From positions 1-64,000 of the IMG/VR virus record IMGVR_UViG_3300012952_003952: 64,000 bases of DNA; one strand, given 5' to 3'. The notes beneath the pieces were generated by a model. It saw nothing but the letters and a program-made list of their open reading frames with translations, searched no databases and was not told the origin of the DNA. Source of the DNA: a virus (Duplodnaviria > Caudoviricetes). The translations under genes and the position numbers were made by a program. Every line of letters begins with the position of its first letter. The stretch's first letter is position 1. Shown piece after piece: positions 53,950 to 63,532 of the stretch.

Positions 53950-54901
53950 TAAAAAATTAACATTCGTTGTTACTGGCGGACTGGGATTTATAGGAAGCCA
54001 CTTTGTAGACAAGGTATTAGCGGCAGGACATAGAGTGATAAACTATGACAAAGAAACTTATGCTGCTCATACTGAGCTAGAATTTAAAGGTGAATATGAG
54101 TATATTAAAGCTGATATAGCAGAAATTAAATCAATACCTTACTGTGACATAATAGTAAATTTTGCTGCAGAGTCTCATGTAGATAATTCTATAGAAGATA
54201 GTTTTTGTTTTGTTAAGTCTAACATACTTGGAGTCTATAATATTCTAGAATTGCTGAAAAACAAAAAAATTGACAGTCTTGTCTCAGCGTGGGAGTATAA
54301 CTATCCGATATTCTTGCAAATTAGTACAGATGAAGTTTTTGGAGATATCGAAGAAGGGTTTTTTGAAGAAGAAGCCGTTCACACGCCAAGCAACCCCTAT
54401 TCTGCAACAAAATCTGCAGCAGAACAACTAGTAGTTTCTTGGGGTAGAACTTTTGATATTCCATTTCTTATCTCGAGAACCACTAACAACTATGGACCAA
54501 GACAAAATTCAGAAAAATTAATTCCTCGAGCTATTACAGACATATTAAAAGGGGCAAAAGTACCTATTCACGGTGGCGGATCATACGTCAGAAATTGGAT
54601 TCATGTAGAAGATAATGTCGATGCGATATTAAAAATAATTGATTCTGGAACTATTAACGAATATTACCACATAGCTTCTGACGAAGAGTATTCTGTAAAG
54701 CAAATAGTAGAAATGATTTGTGAAAAAATGAGCGTTGAATATGATGAAGTTACTGACCCTTCTATGGATAGATCAGGAGCCGATGTTCGGTATGCTTTAA
54801 ATTGCGATAAGCTTAAAGCTTTAGGGTGGAAGCAAAACAAGCACCTCAAAACTTCTATAGAAGAAACCATAAAATACTATAAAAATTCAAGAGAGAAATA
54901 A
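53936..54901 (+). CDS. rfbB: dTDP-glucose 4,6-dehydratase, copy 1
   Basis: GGLGFIGS, FAAESHVD, ISTDEVFG, PYSATK and RPG-equivalent RSGADVRY. Confidence 0.9.
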   Translation: MGRLDKKLTFVVTGGLGFIGSHFVDKVLAAGHRVINYDKETYAAHTELEFKGEYEYIKADIAEIKSIPYCDIIVNFAAESHVDNSIEDSFCFVKSNILGVYNILELLKNKKIDSLVSAWEYNYPIFLQISTDEVFGDIEEGFFEEEAVHTPSNPYSATKSAAEQLVVSWGRTFDIPFLISRTTNNYGPRQNSEKLIPRAITDILKGAKVPIHGGGSYVRNWIHVEDNVDAILKIIDSGTINEYYHIASDEEYSVKQIVEMICEKMSVEYDEVTDPSMDRSGADVRYALNCDKLKALGWKQNKHLKTSIEETIKYYKNSREK

Positions 54902-55626
54902 TGAGAAAAGGTGTTATACTAGCAGGTGGAACTGGCTCTAGACTATCCCCACTTACGGATGTTACAAACAAGCATCTGCTTCCAGTTGGTAAAAGACCGA
55001 TGATACTTCATCTTGTTTCAAAAATGACAGAAGTTGGAATCACTGAAATAATGGTCGTTACCGGCACTGAGCATATGGGTGATATGATTTCTTTGCTTGG
55101 AAGTGGAAAAAAATATGGGTGCTCTTTTACTTTTAAAGTCCAAGAACAAGCTCATGGAATAGCTGATGCTTTAAGACTTTCTAAAGAGTTTGTGAATGGA
55201 GAAAAATTTTTAGTTCTTTTAGGAGACAATATGTTTGAAGATAGTCTTTCTAGACATGTTGGCAACTTTGAAAATTCTGATTTTCCATGCTTTATGCTTT
55301 TGAAAAAAGTTCCTGATCCAGAAAGATACGGGGTTGCCGTTATAGAAGATGGGAATCTAAAATCTGCAATTGAAAAGCCAAAAAAGTTTATATCAGATTT
55401 ATGCATCACTGGAATCTATATGTACGACAGTTCTGTCTTTGAAAGAATAGAAAATTTAATTCCTTCTTCTAGAGGAGAATATGAAATTACAGAATTGAAC
55501 CACCAATACATTAAAGATGGACTTGCTGGTTATGATACTCTTGTTGGATGGTGGACAGATGCAGGAACATTTAGTTCTTATCAAAAAGCAAACACTTTAA
55601 TGTCATATGCATTGGAGAATGGCTAA
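54901..55626 (+). CDS. rfbA: Glucose-1-phosphate thymidylyltransferase
   Basis: GVILAGGTGSRL, KHLLPV, LGDN, RGEYEIT and WTDAGT. Confidence 0.9.
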   Translation: MRKGVILAGGTGSRLSPLTDVTNKHLLPVGKRPMILHLVSKMTEVGITEIMVVTGTEHMGDMISLLGSGKKYGCSFTFKVQEQAHGIADALRLSKEFVNGEKFLVLLGDNMFEDSLSRHVGNFENSDFPCFMLLKKVPDPERYGVAVIEDGNLKSAIEKPKKFISDLCITGIYMYDSSVFERIENLIPSSRGEYEITELNHQYIKDGLAGYDTLVGWWTDAGTFSSYQKANTLMSYALENG

Positions 55627-56444
55627 TGATTTCTGTGTATGGTTCTTCTGGGTTTATAGGTTCTAATTTCTGTAGTTTATATGCAGAAAAAATAATAAAA
55701 GTACCTAGAGATTCTAGAGAGCCATTTTCGAAAGATATTTTATATTTTATTAGTACTACCGACAACTATAGCGTATTTTCAGACCCAACCATTGATGTGA
55801 AAACTAATTTGCTAGTCCTTACAGAGACTTTGGCCTGTATCAAAGAGAAAGCTGAGACTTTTAATTTTATTAGTTCTTGGTTTGTATATGGTGAAACAGA
55901 GCTTCCAGCTAAAGAAAATTCTATTTGTTCTCCTAGAGGATTTTATTCTATTACCAAATTATGTGCTGAGCAATTAGTCGAATCATATTGTAAAACTCAT
56001 AAAATTCCTTATAGAATTATTAGACTTTGTAACGTTTATGGAAAGGGAGACCCAGGTGTTTCTAAAAAGAAAAATGCTCTGCAATTTTTAATTGAAAGAC
56101 TAAAGAAAGACGAATCAATTCAGCTTTATAACGGTGGAGACTTTGTAAGAGACTATATGCATGTTGACGATGTATCAAGAGCTATAAACTGTGTTATTGA
56201 AACAGGGCCTCTCGACTCAGTGATAAACGTTGGGTGTGGAGAGCCAATAAAATTTAAAGAGATAATAGATTTAGCAGTAAAAATTTTAGATTCAAAAAGT
56301 GAAATAACAAATATCGAGCCTCCAGACTTTCATAAACTAGTGCAAGTCAAAGACATGTATTTAGATATTGAAAAACTACGAAGCTTAAATTTTAATCCAA
56401 AAATAAAAATAGAAGAAGGTATAAAAGAGTTATGTCAAGCTTAA
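55626..56444 (+). CDS. NAD-dependent epimerase/dehydratase
   Basis: GSSGFIG, YSITK, RLCNVYG and RDYMHVDD. Confidence 0.85.
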   Translation: MISVYGSSGFIGSNFCSLYAEKIIKVPRDSREPFSKDILYFISTTDNYSVFSDPTIDVKTNLLVLTETLACIKEKAETFNFISSWFVYGETELPAKENSICSPRGFYSITKLCAEQLVESYCKTHKIPYRIIRLCNVYGKGDPGVSKKKNALQFLIERLKKDESIQLYNGGDFVRDYMHVDDVSRAINCVIETGPLDSVINVGCGEPIKFKEIIDLAVKILDSKSEITNIEPPDFHKLVQVKDMYLDIEKLRSLNFNPKIKIEEGIKELCQA

Positions 56445-57748
56445 AAGAAAAAATCCAAGAATTCTTAAAAAGCTTAGAAACTGACGGTGGTTTACCTCAG
56501 TACATCACTGGGCCGAAAAACAAAAAGAATACCAAAATGCCGAAAGTGCTGTATTCAGGTCCTGTGTGGGATAAAGAAGAGCTTTCAGCTGCGATAGAAA
56601 CTATTGTTAGCTCAAACTGGCTAGCTTCTGGAGAAAATGTTCGAAAGTTTGAAGTTCAGTTTTCTAGATACATTGACTCTAAATTTTCTGTAATGGTTAA
56701 CTCAGGATCTTCAGCTAACTTAGCGATGATTTGCGCTTTGAAAAAACACTATGGTTGGAAAGATGGAGATGAGATCATTGTATCGTGCGTAGGTTTTCCC
56801 ACGACTATTAATCCTATAATTCAGAATAATCTAAAGCCAGTTTTTGTAGACATATCTTGGGAAGACTTAAATTGGAATTTAGATGAAGTTGAAAACAAAA
56901 TTACTGATAGGACTGTTGCTGTTATTTCTTCTCCTGTTTTAGGTAACCCCTATGATTTAGACAGGCTTTCAGAAATTTGCGAAAAGAATTCTGTTAAAAT
57001 GATTGGAGATAACTGTGACACTCTAGGCACCAAGTGGAAGGGCAAGCATTTTTCTTCTTATTTTGTGGCTAGTAGCTGTTCATTTTATCCAGCTCACCAT
57101 ATCTCCACCGGCGAAGGCGGGATGGTTTCTTCAGATAATCCAGATATTATTAAAACCGCTAGAAGTTTTGCTTGGTGGGGAAGAGATTGTTATTGCGTAG
57201 GGTCAGCAAATCTTCTCTCATGCGGAAGTTGTGGAAATAGATTTGATAAATGGCTTGACGCATATGACGGAGTAGTAGATCACAAATATATTTTTGTAAA
57301 TCAAGGCTACAATTTAAAACCTTTAGATATGCAGGGTTCAGTAGGCTCAGTTCAACTTAAAAAGCTTCCTATGATTCATGAAAAAAGAAGATATTTTAAA
57401 GCTGAAATAGAAAAAATATTAAGCCGTATCGGTGGTTTAAGAATTCCTGGTGAATTAGAAAATTCCGAAACTAGTTGGTTTGGTGTTCCGATAATATGTG
57501 AATCTGGAGATTTAAAAAGAAGGCTAGTAGATCACTTAGAAAGCTCCGGAGTTCAAACTAGAAATTATTTTGCTGGAAATATATTAATGCATCCCGCATA
57601 TTCTCACATTGATGATTATAAGAAATATCCGATAGCTTCTAAAGTTTTAGATCAAGTGTTTTTTATGGGCTGTTCTCCAAATTATACAGAAGACACTTTA
57701 GAAAAAATTTCTAGTGTCATACAAAAATTTATAGAGAATGAAAAATGA
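56432..57748 (+). CDS. rfbH: RfbH/DdhC-like CDP-4-keto-6-deoxyglucose 3-dehydratase (DegT family)
   Basis: VNSGSSANL, SFYPAHH (His in place of the PLP Lys), WWGRDCYC, HKYIF..QGYNLK and NYFAGN. Confidence 0.85.
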   Translation: MSSLKEKIQEFLKSLETDGGLPQYITGPKNKKNTKMPKVLYSGPVWDKEELSAAIETIVSSNWLASGENVRKFEVQFSRYIDSKFSVMVNSGSSANLAMICALKKHYGWKDGDEIIVSCVGFPTTINPIIQNNLKPVFVDISWEDLNWNLDEVENKITDRTVAVISSPVLGNPYDLDRLSEICEKNSVKMIGDNCDTLGTKWKGKHFSSYFVASSCSFYPAHHISTGEGGMVSSDNPDIIKTARSFAWWGRDCYCVGSANLLSCGSCGNRFDKWLDAYDGVVDHKYIFVNQGYNLKPLDMQGSVGSVQLKKLPMIHEKRRYFKAEIEKILSRIGGLRIPGELENSETSWFGVPIICESGDLKRRLVDHLESSGVQTRNYFAGNILMHPAYSHIDDYKKYPIASKVLDQVFFMGCSPNYTEDTLEKISSVIQKFIENEK

Positions 57749-58668
57749 ACGTATTAATAACAGGTTGTGCAGGTTTTATCGGAAGCCACGCTGTAGAAGA
57801 ATTTTTATTGCATGGTCATAATGTAGTTGGAGTTGATTCTATGACTTATGCGGCCGATCGCAATAATATGTCTTCTTTTATAGATGATATAGAATTTTTC
57901 CATGCAGACATTTGTAATACTGATTTAATGAGAAAGCTAGTAGAAGAATATAAAATAGATTGGATAATAAATTTTGCTGCTGAATCTCATGTAGATAATT
58001 CCATAAAAGGATGTGAGCAGTTTATTAAATCTAATATCGTCGGAGTTAACTCTCTTTTAATGGTGTGCAAAGAATTTGAGTGCAATATACTTCATATATC
58101 GACAGATGAAGTTTATGGATCGATAAAATCAGGATCTTTTGTAGAAACTGATGTTTTAAATCCAAAAAATCCATATTCCGCCACAAAAGCTGCAGCAGAA
58201 CACTTAGTAAATTCTTATAGTAACACTTATGGAGTTCAACAGATTATCATTAGAATGAGCAACAACTTTGGCCCAAGACAGCATAGAGAAAAATTAGTGC
58301 CGACGATACTTTCTACTCTTTTATCTGGAAAAAAGATCCCAGTGTACGGCGATGGTAAAAATGTGAGAGACTGGTTTTATGTAAAAGACAGCGTAAAAAT
58401 GGTGTATAAAGTTTTTGATAATGGATCTCTTGGAGAAATATACAACTTGACTCACTGCAATGAGATGACTAATTTAGAAATTATAAACACAATATGCGAG
58501 CTTTGCGATAAAAATCCTGAAGCTAATATAGAATTTGTTAAAGACCGCCCTGGCCATGATTTCAGATATTCTATTTCTAATAAAAAAGTTAAACTGCTTG
58601 GAATCGATAAACCAACAGATTTTCGTGAAGCAGTAAAACAAACAATAGACGCTTGGAGAAAAAAATGA
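57745..58668 (+). CDS. rfbB: dTDP-glucose 4,6-dehydratase, copy 2
   Basis: GCAGFIGS, FAAESHVD, ISTDEVYG, PYSATK and DRPGHDFRY. Confidence 0.9.
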   Translation: MNVLITGCAGFIGSHAVEEFLLHGHNVVGVDSMTYAADRNNMSSFIDDIEFFHADICNTDLMRKLVEEYKIDWIINFAAESHVDNSIKGCEQFIKSNIVGVNSLLMVCKEFECNILHISTDEVYGSIKSGSFVETDVLNPKNPYSATKAAAEHLVNSYSNTYGVQQIIIRMSNNFGPRQHREKLVPTILSTLLSGKKIPVYGDGKNVRDWFYVKDSVKMVYKVFDNGSLGEIYNLTHCNEMTNLEIINTICELCDKNPEANIEFVKDRPGHDFRYSISNKKVKLLGIDKPTDFREAVKQTIDAWRKK

Positions 58669-59810
58669 AAAATTATCCTCTGTTTAAAGTCCATTTAGAT
58701 ACTGAAGATGTCTTATCTAGACTAAGAAAAGTGTTTGATTCAGGTATTATAAATGAAGGCGCACAAGTAACAGAGTTAACTGAAAAGCTTTGTAAAAATC
58801 TAGAAACAGAAAATTTAGTTTTGGTTAATTCTTGCACCAGCGCTATAGCTATGGCACTAAAACTATCAGGTGTAAATCCAGGTGATGAAGTAATCTCAAC
58901 TTCAATGACATGCGTAGCTACTAACTCAGTAATAAGCTGGCTAGGTGCAAAAGTAGTCTGGGCAGATATCGATAGTCAAACTGGAAACATAGACCCTTCA
59001 GAGATAGAAAGTAAGATAACAGAAAAAACTAAAGCTGTAATATGCGTCGATTGGTCAGGTATACCTTGCAAGTTTAAAGAATTGCAAGCTGTTTGTCGAA
59101 AAAATAAAATCAAGTTAATCCAAGATGCTGCCCATGCATTTGGTAGCCTGTATGAAGGTAAACCAGTTTGCCACTACTCGGATTATACTTGCTATAGCTT
59201 TCAAGCCATTAAGCACTTTACAACTGGCGATGGTGGTGCGATAGTTTGCTTGAATGATGATGACGTACCACGAGCTCGAGCAATGAAATGGTATGGTTTT
59301 GACAGAAAAACTTTGAAAGATAAAGATGGAAACTGGAAAGGTCGTCGCTGGAATGTCGACATTCAAGAGATTGGATCTAAGTTTAACATGAATAATATTT
59401 CTGCAGTAATGGGAATTTCTAATCTAGACCACGCAGATAAAATTGTGCGCCAGCATAAATCTAACGCAGCTGTTTATAATAAACTGCTAGAAAGCAATGA
59501 AGATGTCAAGCCGTTGTTGGTGGACAAAAATATGGATCCAGCTTATTGGATTTATACTATAGTATTATCTGGCGGAATAGATCGAGAAAAACTGATAGAA
59601 AATCTTAAGCTTAAAGGTGTTCACACAGATACTGTGCATGTCCCAAATCACCCCTACGATTGTTTTTCTGATAGTTTTTGTAAGTTACCTCAAACAGAAT
59701 ATTTCGGGGACAGACAGCTTTGTCTGCCTTGCGGCTGGTGGCTTAATGAACAAGACATAGAAGACATTTATAATATTTTAATAAGCACTATAGAAACAGC
59801 TAGGGTCTAA
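58665..59810 (+). CDS. DegT/DnrJ/EryC1/StrS sugar aminotransferase
   Basis: NSCTSA, QDAAHAFG and SFQAIKHFTTGDGG (PLP Lys). Confidence 0.9.
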   Translation: MKNYPLFKVHLDTEDVLSRLRKVFDSGIINEGAQVTELTEKLCKNLETENLVLVNSCTSAIAMALKLSGVNPGDEVISTSMTCVATNSVISWLGAKVVWADIDSQTGNIDPSEIESKITEKTKAVICVDWSGIPCKFKELQAVCRKNKIKLIQDAAHAFGSLYEGKPVCHYSDYTCYSFQAIKHFTTGDGGAIVCLNDDDVPRARAMKWYGFDRKTLKDKDGNWKGRRWNVDIQEIGSKFNMNNISAVMGISNLDHADKIVRQHKSNAAVYNKLLESNEDVKPLLVDKNMDPAYWIYTIVLSGGIDREKLIENLKLKGVHTDTVHVPNHPYDCFSDSFCKLPQTEYFGDRQLCLPCGWWLNEQDIEDIYNILISTIETARV

Positions 59811-59811
59811 T

Positions 59812-60603
59812 ATGTCGAAAGTTTCTAACAAGAAATGTTGCAAAGTAGCTCCCTTCTATTTTGGAAAAAATAGAAGAGCAGATCCAAGAACGTGGGAGCA
59901 AGGAAAGAGTCTTTTAGAATACAGGCTGGCAAATGAATCTAGCGTAGATCCTGGAGTAGAAGTAGATCTTATAATAGTCAACAATGTGCAAGATTCTAAA
60001 GAGGCTGTAGATTATTTAAATTCTATAGATGGAAAAAAGACAAAAACTGGAAAAATAAGAGTTTTGCACAGAGAGAATATTGGTATTTCTTTTGGAGCAT
60101 ATAATCACGCATTTGAAAATTTTAGAGATGATTACGACTATTGGCTATTTTTAGAAGATGACTTATTTACCAATTTAGAAAATTACTACGCACAATTTCT
60201 AGAACAACTAGAAGAAGATGATAATTTAGCTTATGTCGCTTTGGTCGGCGTAGGATCTCAAAATACTCCATCTGCTCATGCTCACAATGGAGCTGGTTGT
60301 ACTTCAAAAAAATATCTAGATTTAATTTATGATGAAAGAGGTAGTCTTCCCTACCATAATGCGCCTGGTCTTCCGTCTCCCGATACTACTAACACCGCAC
60401 AACGACAAGCTTTTTGGAAAAAGCACTGTATTGGTGGAGAAGTAGCTTTTACTAATGCGTACGTCCAAAAGGGTTATAGGATTGAAAAGTTTAGAGGTGA
60501 AAAACCTTATATTCGCTGGATCAAGGGAAATAGCGAAAGAGGCGATTTGAGAGATTGGGGAAGATGTGACTTTGTTCATGACAAGCCATACGACTTTATG
60601 TGA
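59812..60603 (+). CDS. Glycosyltransferase-like hypothetical protein
   Basis: RENIGISFGAY, LFLEDD and GGEVAFT; glycan-cluster context. Confidence 0.55.
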   Translation: MSKVSNKKCCKVAPFYFGKNRRADPRTWEQGKSLLEYRLANESSVDPGVEVDLIIVNNVQDSKEAVDYLNSIDGKKTKTGKIRVLHRENIGISFGAYNHAFENFRDDYDYWLFLEDDLFTNLENYYAQFLEQLEEDDNLAYVALVGVGSQNTPSAHAHNGAGCTSKKYLDLIYDERGSLPYHNAPGLPSPDTTNTAQRQAFWKKHCIGGEVAFTNAYVQKGYRIEKFRGEKPYIRWIKGNSERGDLRDWGRCDFVHDKPYDFM

Positions 60604-60607
60604 TGCT

Positions 60608-61357
60608 ATGAGTATAGAAGAAAATGCAAAATCTGCTGCTTCCTCCATTTTAAAAGATGGTTGTTTTTCTGAAGTCCAAAATTGGATATCTGCAAAAGAG
60701 TGCGACGATATTGCAAATAAAGTTCGAGAGATCATAAGCAAATATGATTTACTTAAAACCGCAGAATATGATGATTTGATTATTGCTAATCATACGAAGC
60801 AAAAAGAATTAACTGGAAAACTAGGAGACTACCCAAAACCTACAATAGTGACTAGAGGCAGCTCAGGTTATGATTTAAACGTTACAGAGATATTCAATTC
60901 ACAAAAGCTGATTCCAGTACCAGGAGAAATATCTAATTTCATTAAAAATGTAGTTAAAAATATGGGTCACCAAGATGCAAAAATAGAGTATTCAATTTAT
61001 GTTAATAAAGGATCCTCTCAAGCAAGAGGTTTCCATCGTGATTCTCCAATGTACGAAAAATCTTCTAAGAGACTTTATAAGCTTTTTGTCTATATGACAG
61101 ACGTGCCGACTATAGATTACGGCCCTCATGCCTATATTCCAGGTACCCACAGGCAAGAAGCATCTACACGATATGCGAATCAACTCATTGGAAACTATAC
61201 AGACCCCAATGAGTATGATTTAGATTTAAACCCTAAAATTTTCACCGGCCCCAAAGGTACAATGGTAATGACGACTCAAGCTGGAATGCATAGAGCAATG
61301 CCTCAAACTGGAGAAAACGAAAGGATTGTTTTGGTCTGTAAAATTCGTCCATTCTGA
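60608..61357 (+). CDS. Phytanoyl-CoA dioxygenase-like 2OG-Fe(II) oxygenase
   Basis: FHRD, GP..YIPGTH and distal HRA facial triad. Confidence 0.8.
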   Translation: MSIEENAKSAASSILKDGCFSEVQNWISAKECDDIANKVREIISKYDLLKTAEYDDLIIANHTKQKELTGKLGDYPKPTIVTRGSSGYDLNVTEIFNSQKLIPVPGEISNFIKNVVKNMGHQDAKIEYSIYVNKGSSQARGFHRDSPMYEKSSKRLYKLFVYMTDVPTIDYGPHAYIPGTHRQEASTRYANQLIGNYTDPNEYDLDLNPKIFTGPKGTMVMTTQAGMHRAMPQTGENERIVLVCKIRPF

Positions 61358-61364
61358 GGTTAAA

Positions 61365-61961
61365 ATGAGTGTTTGCGTAGTTGGTAATTCTGGAAATTTA
61401 CTAGATGAAGAGATGGGATCAAAAATAGATTCTTGCGATGTGGTAATAAGAATACAAAAGTTTAGAACAAAAGGTCTTGAAGTTCATGTAGGTTCGAAGA
61501 CTACTGTGGTTGCTTTTGCATGGTGTAGCCCTGATAAGATAAGAGATTGGACAAACTATGCCTCTATAAATCTAGAAGAAGTTACTCTTTGGAGCACGTT
61601 CCCCCTTCAAGGCAGGAGATATAATACGGCAATGGAAATCCTCGGTCACACGAATATTTTGCAGCCTAATCCAGAGTCTTATCAAAAAATTATAAATGAT
61701 CTCTATTCTGATTTTTGGATAAAAAAGCCAAGCTCTGGTATTTCTAGTTTGATGCTGGCTATGGAGCAATTTCCAGATCATGATATCTACATTTGCGGTT
61801 TTGATGACAAAATTGAAAAAGACCATTATTATGACGCTACCCATATAGACAAGCTTGATCCAGGAATGACGGTTTCTGGACACAATTGGGAAGCTGAATG
61901 GAAGTATATTGGTGGTCTTTTACGCTCTGGAAAAATATCACATATCAGGGAAAAGAAATGA
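61365..61961 (+). CDS. GT29 sialyltransferase-like protein
   Basis: Sialylmotif L-like VVGNSG...IDSCDVVIR...VGSKT; S-like PSSG; C-terminal H..E.E. Confidence 0.75.
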   Translation: MSVCVVGNSGNLLDEEMGSKIDSCDVVIRIQKFRTKGLEVHVGSKTTVVAFAWCSPDKIRDWTNYASINLEEVTLWSTFPLQGRRYNTAMEILGHTNILQPNPESYQKIINDLYSDFWIKKPSSGISSLMLAMEQFPDHDIYICGFDDKIEKDHYYDATHIDKLDPGMTVSGHNWEAEWKYIGGLLRSGKISHIREKK

Positions 61962-62932
61962 AGAAGATAGAAACAGTTCCTATAGACTTAATACGAATAG
62001 ACTTAAGAGACGATATTAATTTAAGAACTTACGTTCTTTTAAAAAGAGCAAGACAGCTTTATTTAGCTTTCTGCCAAGGCCTCAAAAATTACGGTTTAAA
62101 TCCAAAATCTTATGAAGCATTTCTAGATTTATATCAAGATATTAGAGTAAATGGAATTGATATTCCCATAAAAGCTCAAAAAATAAATGGACAATATTAT
62201 GTTGAAGACGGTGCGCATAGGCTGTCTATAGCTCGAGCACTTGGAATGTCAACAATAAAGGTTGAAATAGTAACAAATTGTGGAATACCTTCAGTGTTCA
62301 TAGCAGCTCCTAGAACCATTAGTACGCCATTCAATGTTGACACTAATAATCCAAGAATTTTAAAAATGTTCGAGACCATCAGCCACGGCGAAGTTGAAAA
62401 GTTTGTTAATTTAAACATACCTACCGACCAAGAAAAAATTCCAATGACAGGTGCTGCTGTCTTCTGGCCGACATGCTACAGCTTATGGCCAGAAATGTTA
62501 GAAGAAGTTAAAAGATTTCACAAAGTAAAAAAAGTTTTAGAAATAGATTGCAAAGACGAATCAACGCATCAGTCTATGATATTAGATTTTTATAAGTCTG
62601 ATGATGTTGCTCCTTGGAAAGTGGAAGCAAAATTCCCTTACTGTTCTCAAGCCCCAAGAAAATTTTTGTTGATAGAATTTAATATTGAAGATGCTAGACA
62701 TAGAATTAAAGGAAAAACAGGAAATGAAATCTCTATGGCTATAGAAGACTTAAAGGGGTATGTACGTTCAAATTATAGATCTAGAGTTCCAAACTACCCA
62801 ACAAATGGAACACCAGATCTATTGATTCATGCTGGAGATAATGAATATCAAACTGGAGAAATTTTAAAAACTCCAGAGAGATTTAAAGATAAAGACGGAG
62901 TGGAGATTAAACCCTATGGAAATGTTTCTTAA
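61958..62932 (+). CDS. Protein with N-terminal ParB/Srx-like domain
   Basis: IRVNGIDIPI...YYVEDGAHRLSIARALG. Confidence 0.6.
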   Translation: MKKIETVPIDLIRIDLRDDINLRTYVLLKRARQLYLAFCQGLKNYGLNPKSYEAFLDLYQDIRVNGIDIPIKAQKINGQYYVEDGAHRLSIARALGMSTIKVEIVTNCGIPSVFIAAPRTISTPFNVDTNNPRILKMFETISHGEVEKFVNLNIPTDQEKIPMTGAAVFWPTCYSLWPEMLEEVKRFHKVKKVLEIDCKDESTHQSMILDFYKSDDVAPWKVEAKFPYCSQAPRKFLLIEFNIEDARHRIKGKTGNEISMAIEDLKGYVRSNYRSRVPNYPTNGTPDLLIHAGDNEYQTGEILKTPERFKDKDGVEIKPYGNVS

Positions 62933-63530
62933 ACTAACGACATTGTTTTCTTCTATTGAAGACCTAAGATATTTTGTCACTAAAATAGATACCCCATTTT
63001 TTAATGACAAATTTCCAGAAGAATATCCTATCGGTAGAGATGTCGATATTATTTGCCACCCAGACGACTTAGCAAAAATTGTTCAGCTCTCAAATGAAAT
63101 AATACACGAAGAGCCTAATTTTTCTAAACACTTAATACAAGATAACGAAAATCACATAAGGTTTAGACTACACGCCCCAAGATATTTTATGAGATTAAAT
63201 CCTAGACCTTACGACAAATTAATAAATGGTTATCCAATGACTAAGCTACATTTTCAAGTAGACATATCTACAACAAAAGAAAAAGATTTCGAAGTGTTTA
63301 CAGCTGAATTTTTAGATTCTATTTTCGATAATTTTTCTATGAGAAATGGGGTGAAAATTTTAGACCCAGTGCGAGAGTCTACTTTAAGAATGGTTTATTG
63401 GAAAAATTCTCCTAAGTCTACTCACCACTTAGAGTATCTTCAAAAAAATGCTTCTTTGCAAATTCTCGAGAATATTAAAGATGGTGAATTTAAAGATTCA
63501 TGTGAAAGCATTTTGACGAGAATATTGTAG
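62916..63530 (+). CDS. Hypothetical protein, possible nucleotidyltransferase-like
   Basis: GRDVDIIC and QVDIS. Confidence 0.5.
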   Translation: MEMFLKLTTLFSSIEDLRYFVTKIDTPFFNDKFPEEYPIGRDVDIICHPDDLAKIVQLSNEIIHEEPNFSKHLIQDNENHIRFRLHAPRYFMRLNPRPYDKLINGYPMTKLHFQVDISTTKEKDFEVFTAEFLDSIFDNFSMRNGVKILDPVRESTLRMVYWKNSPKSTHHLEYLQKNASLQILENIKDGEFKDSCESILTRIL

Positions 63531-63532
63531 AA

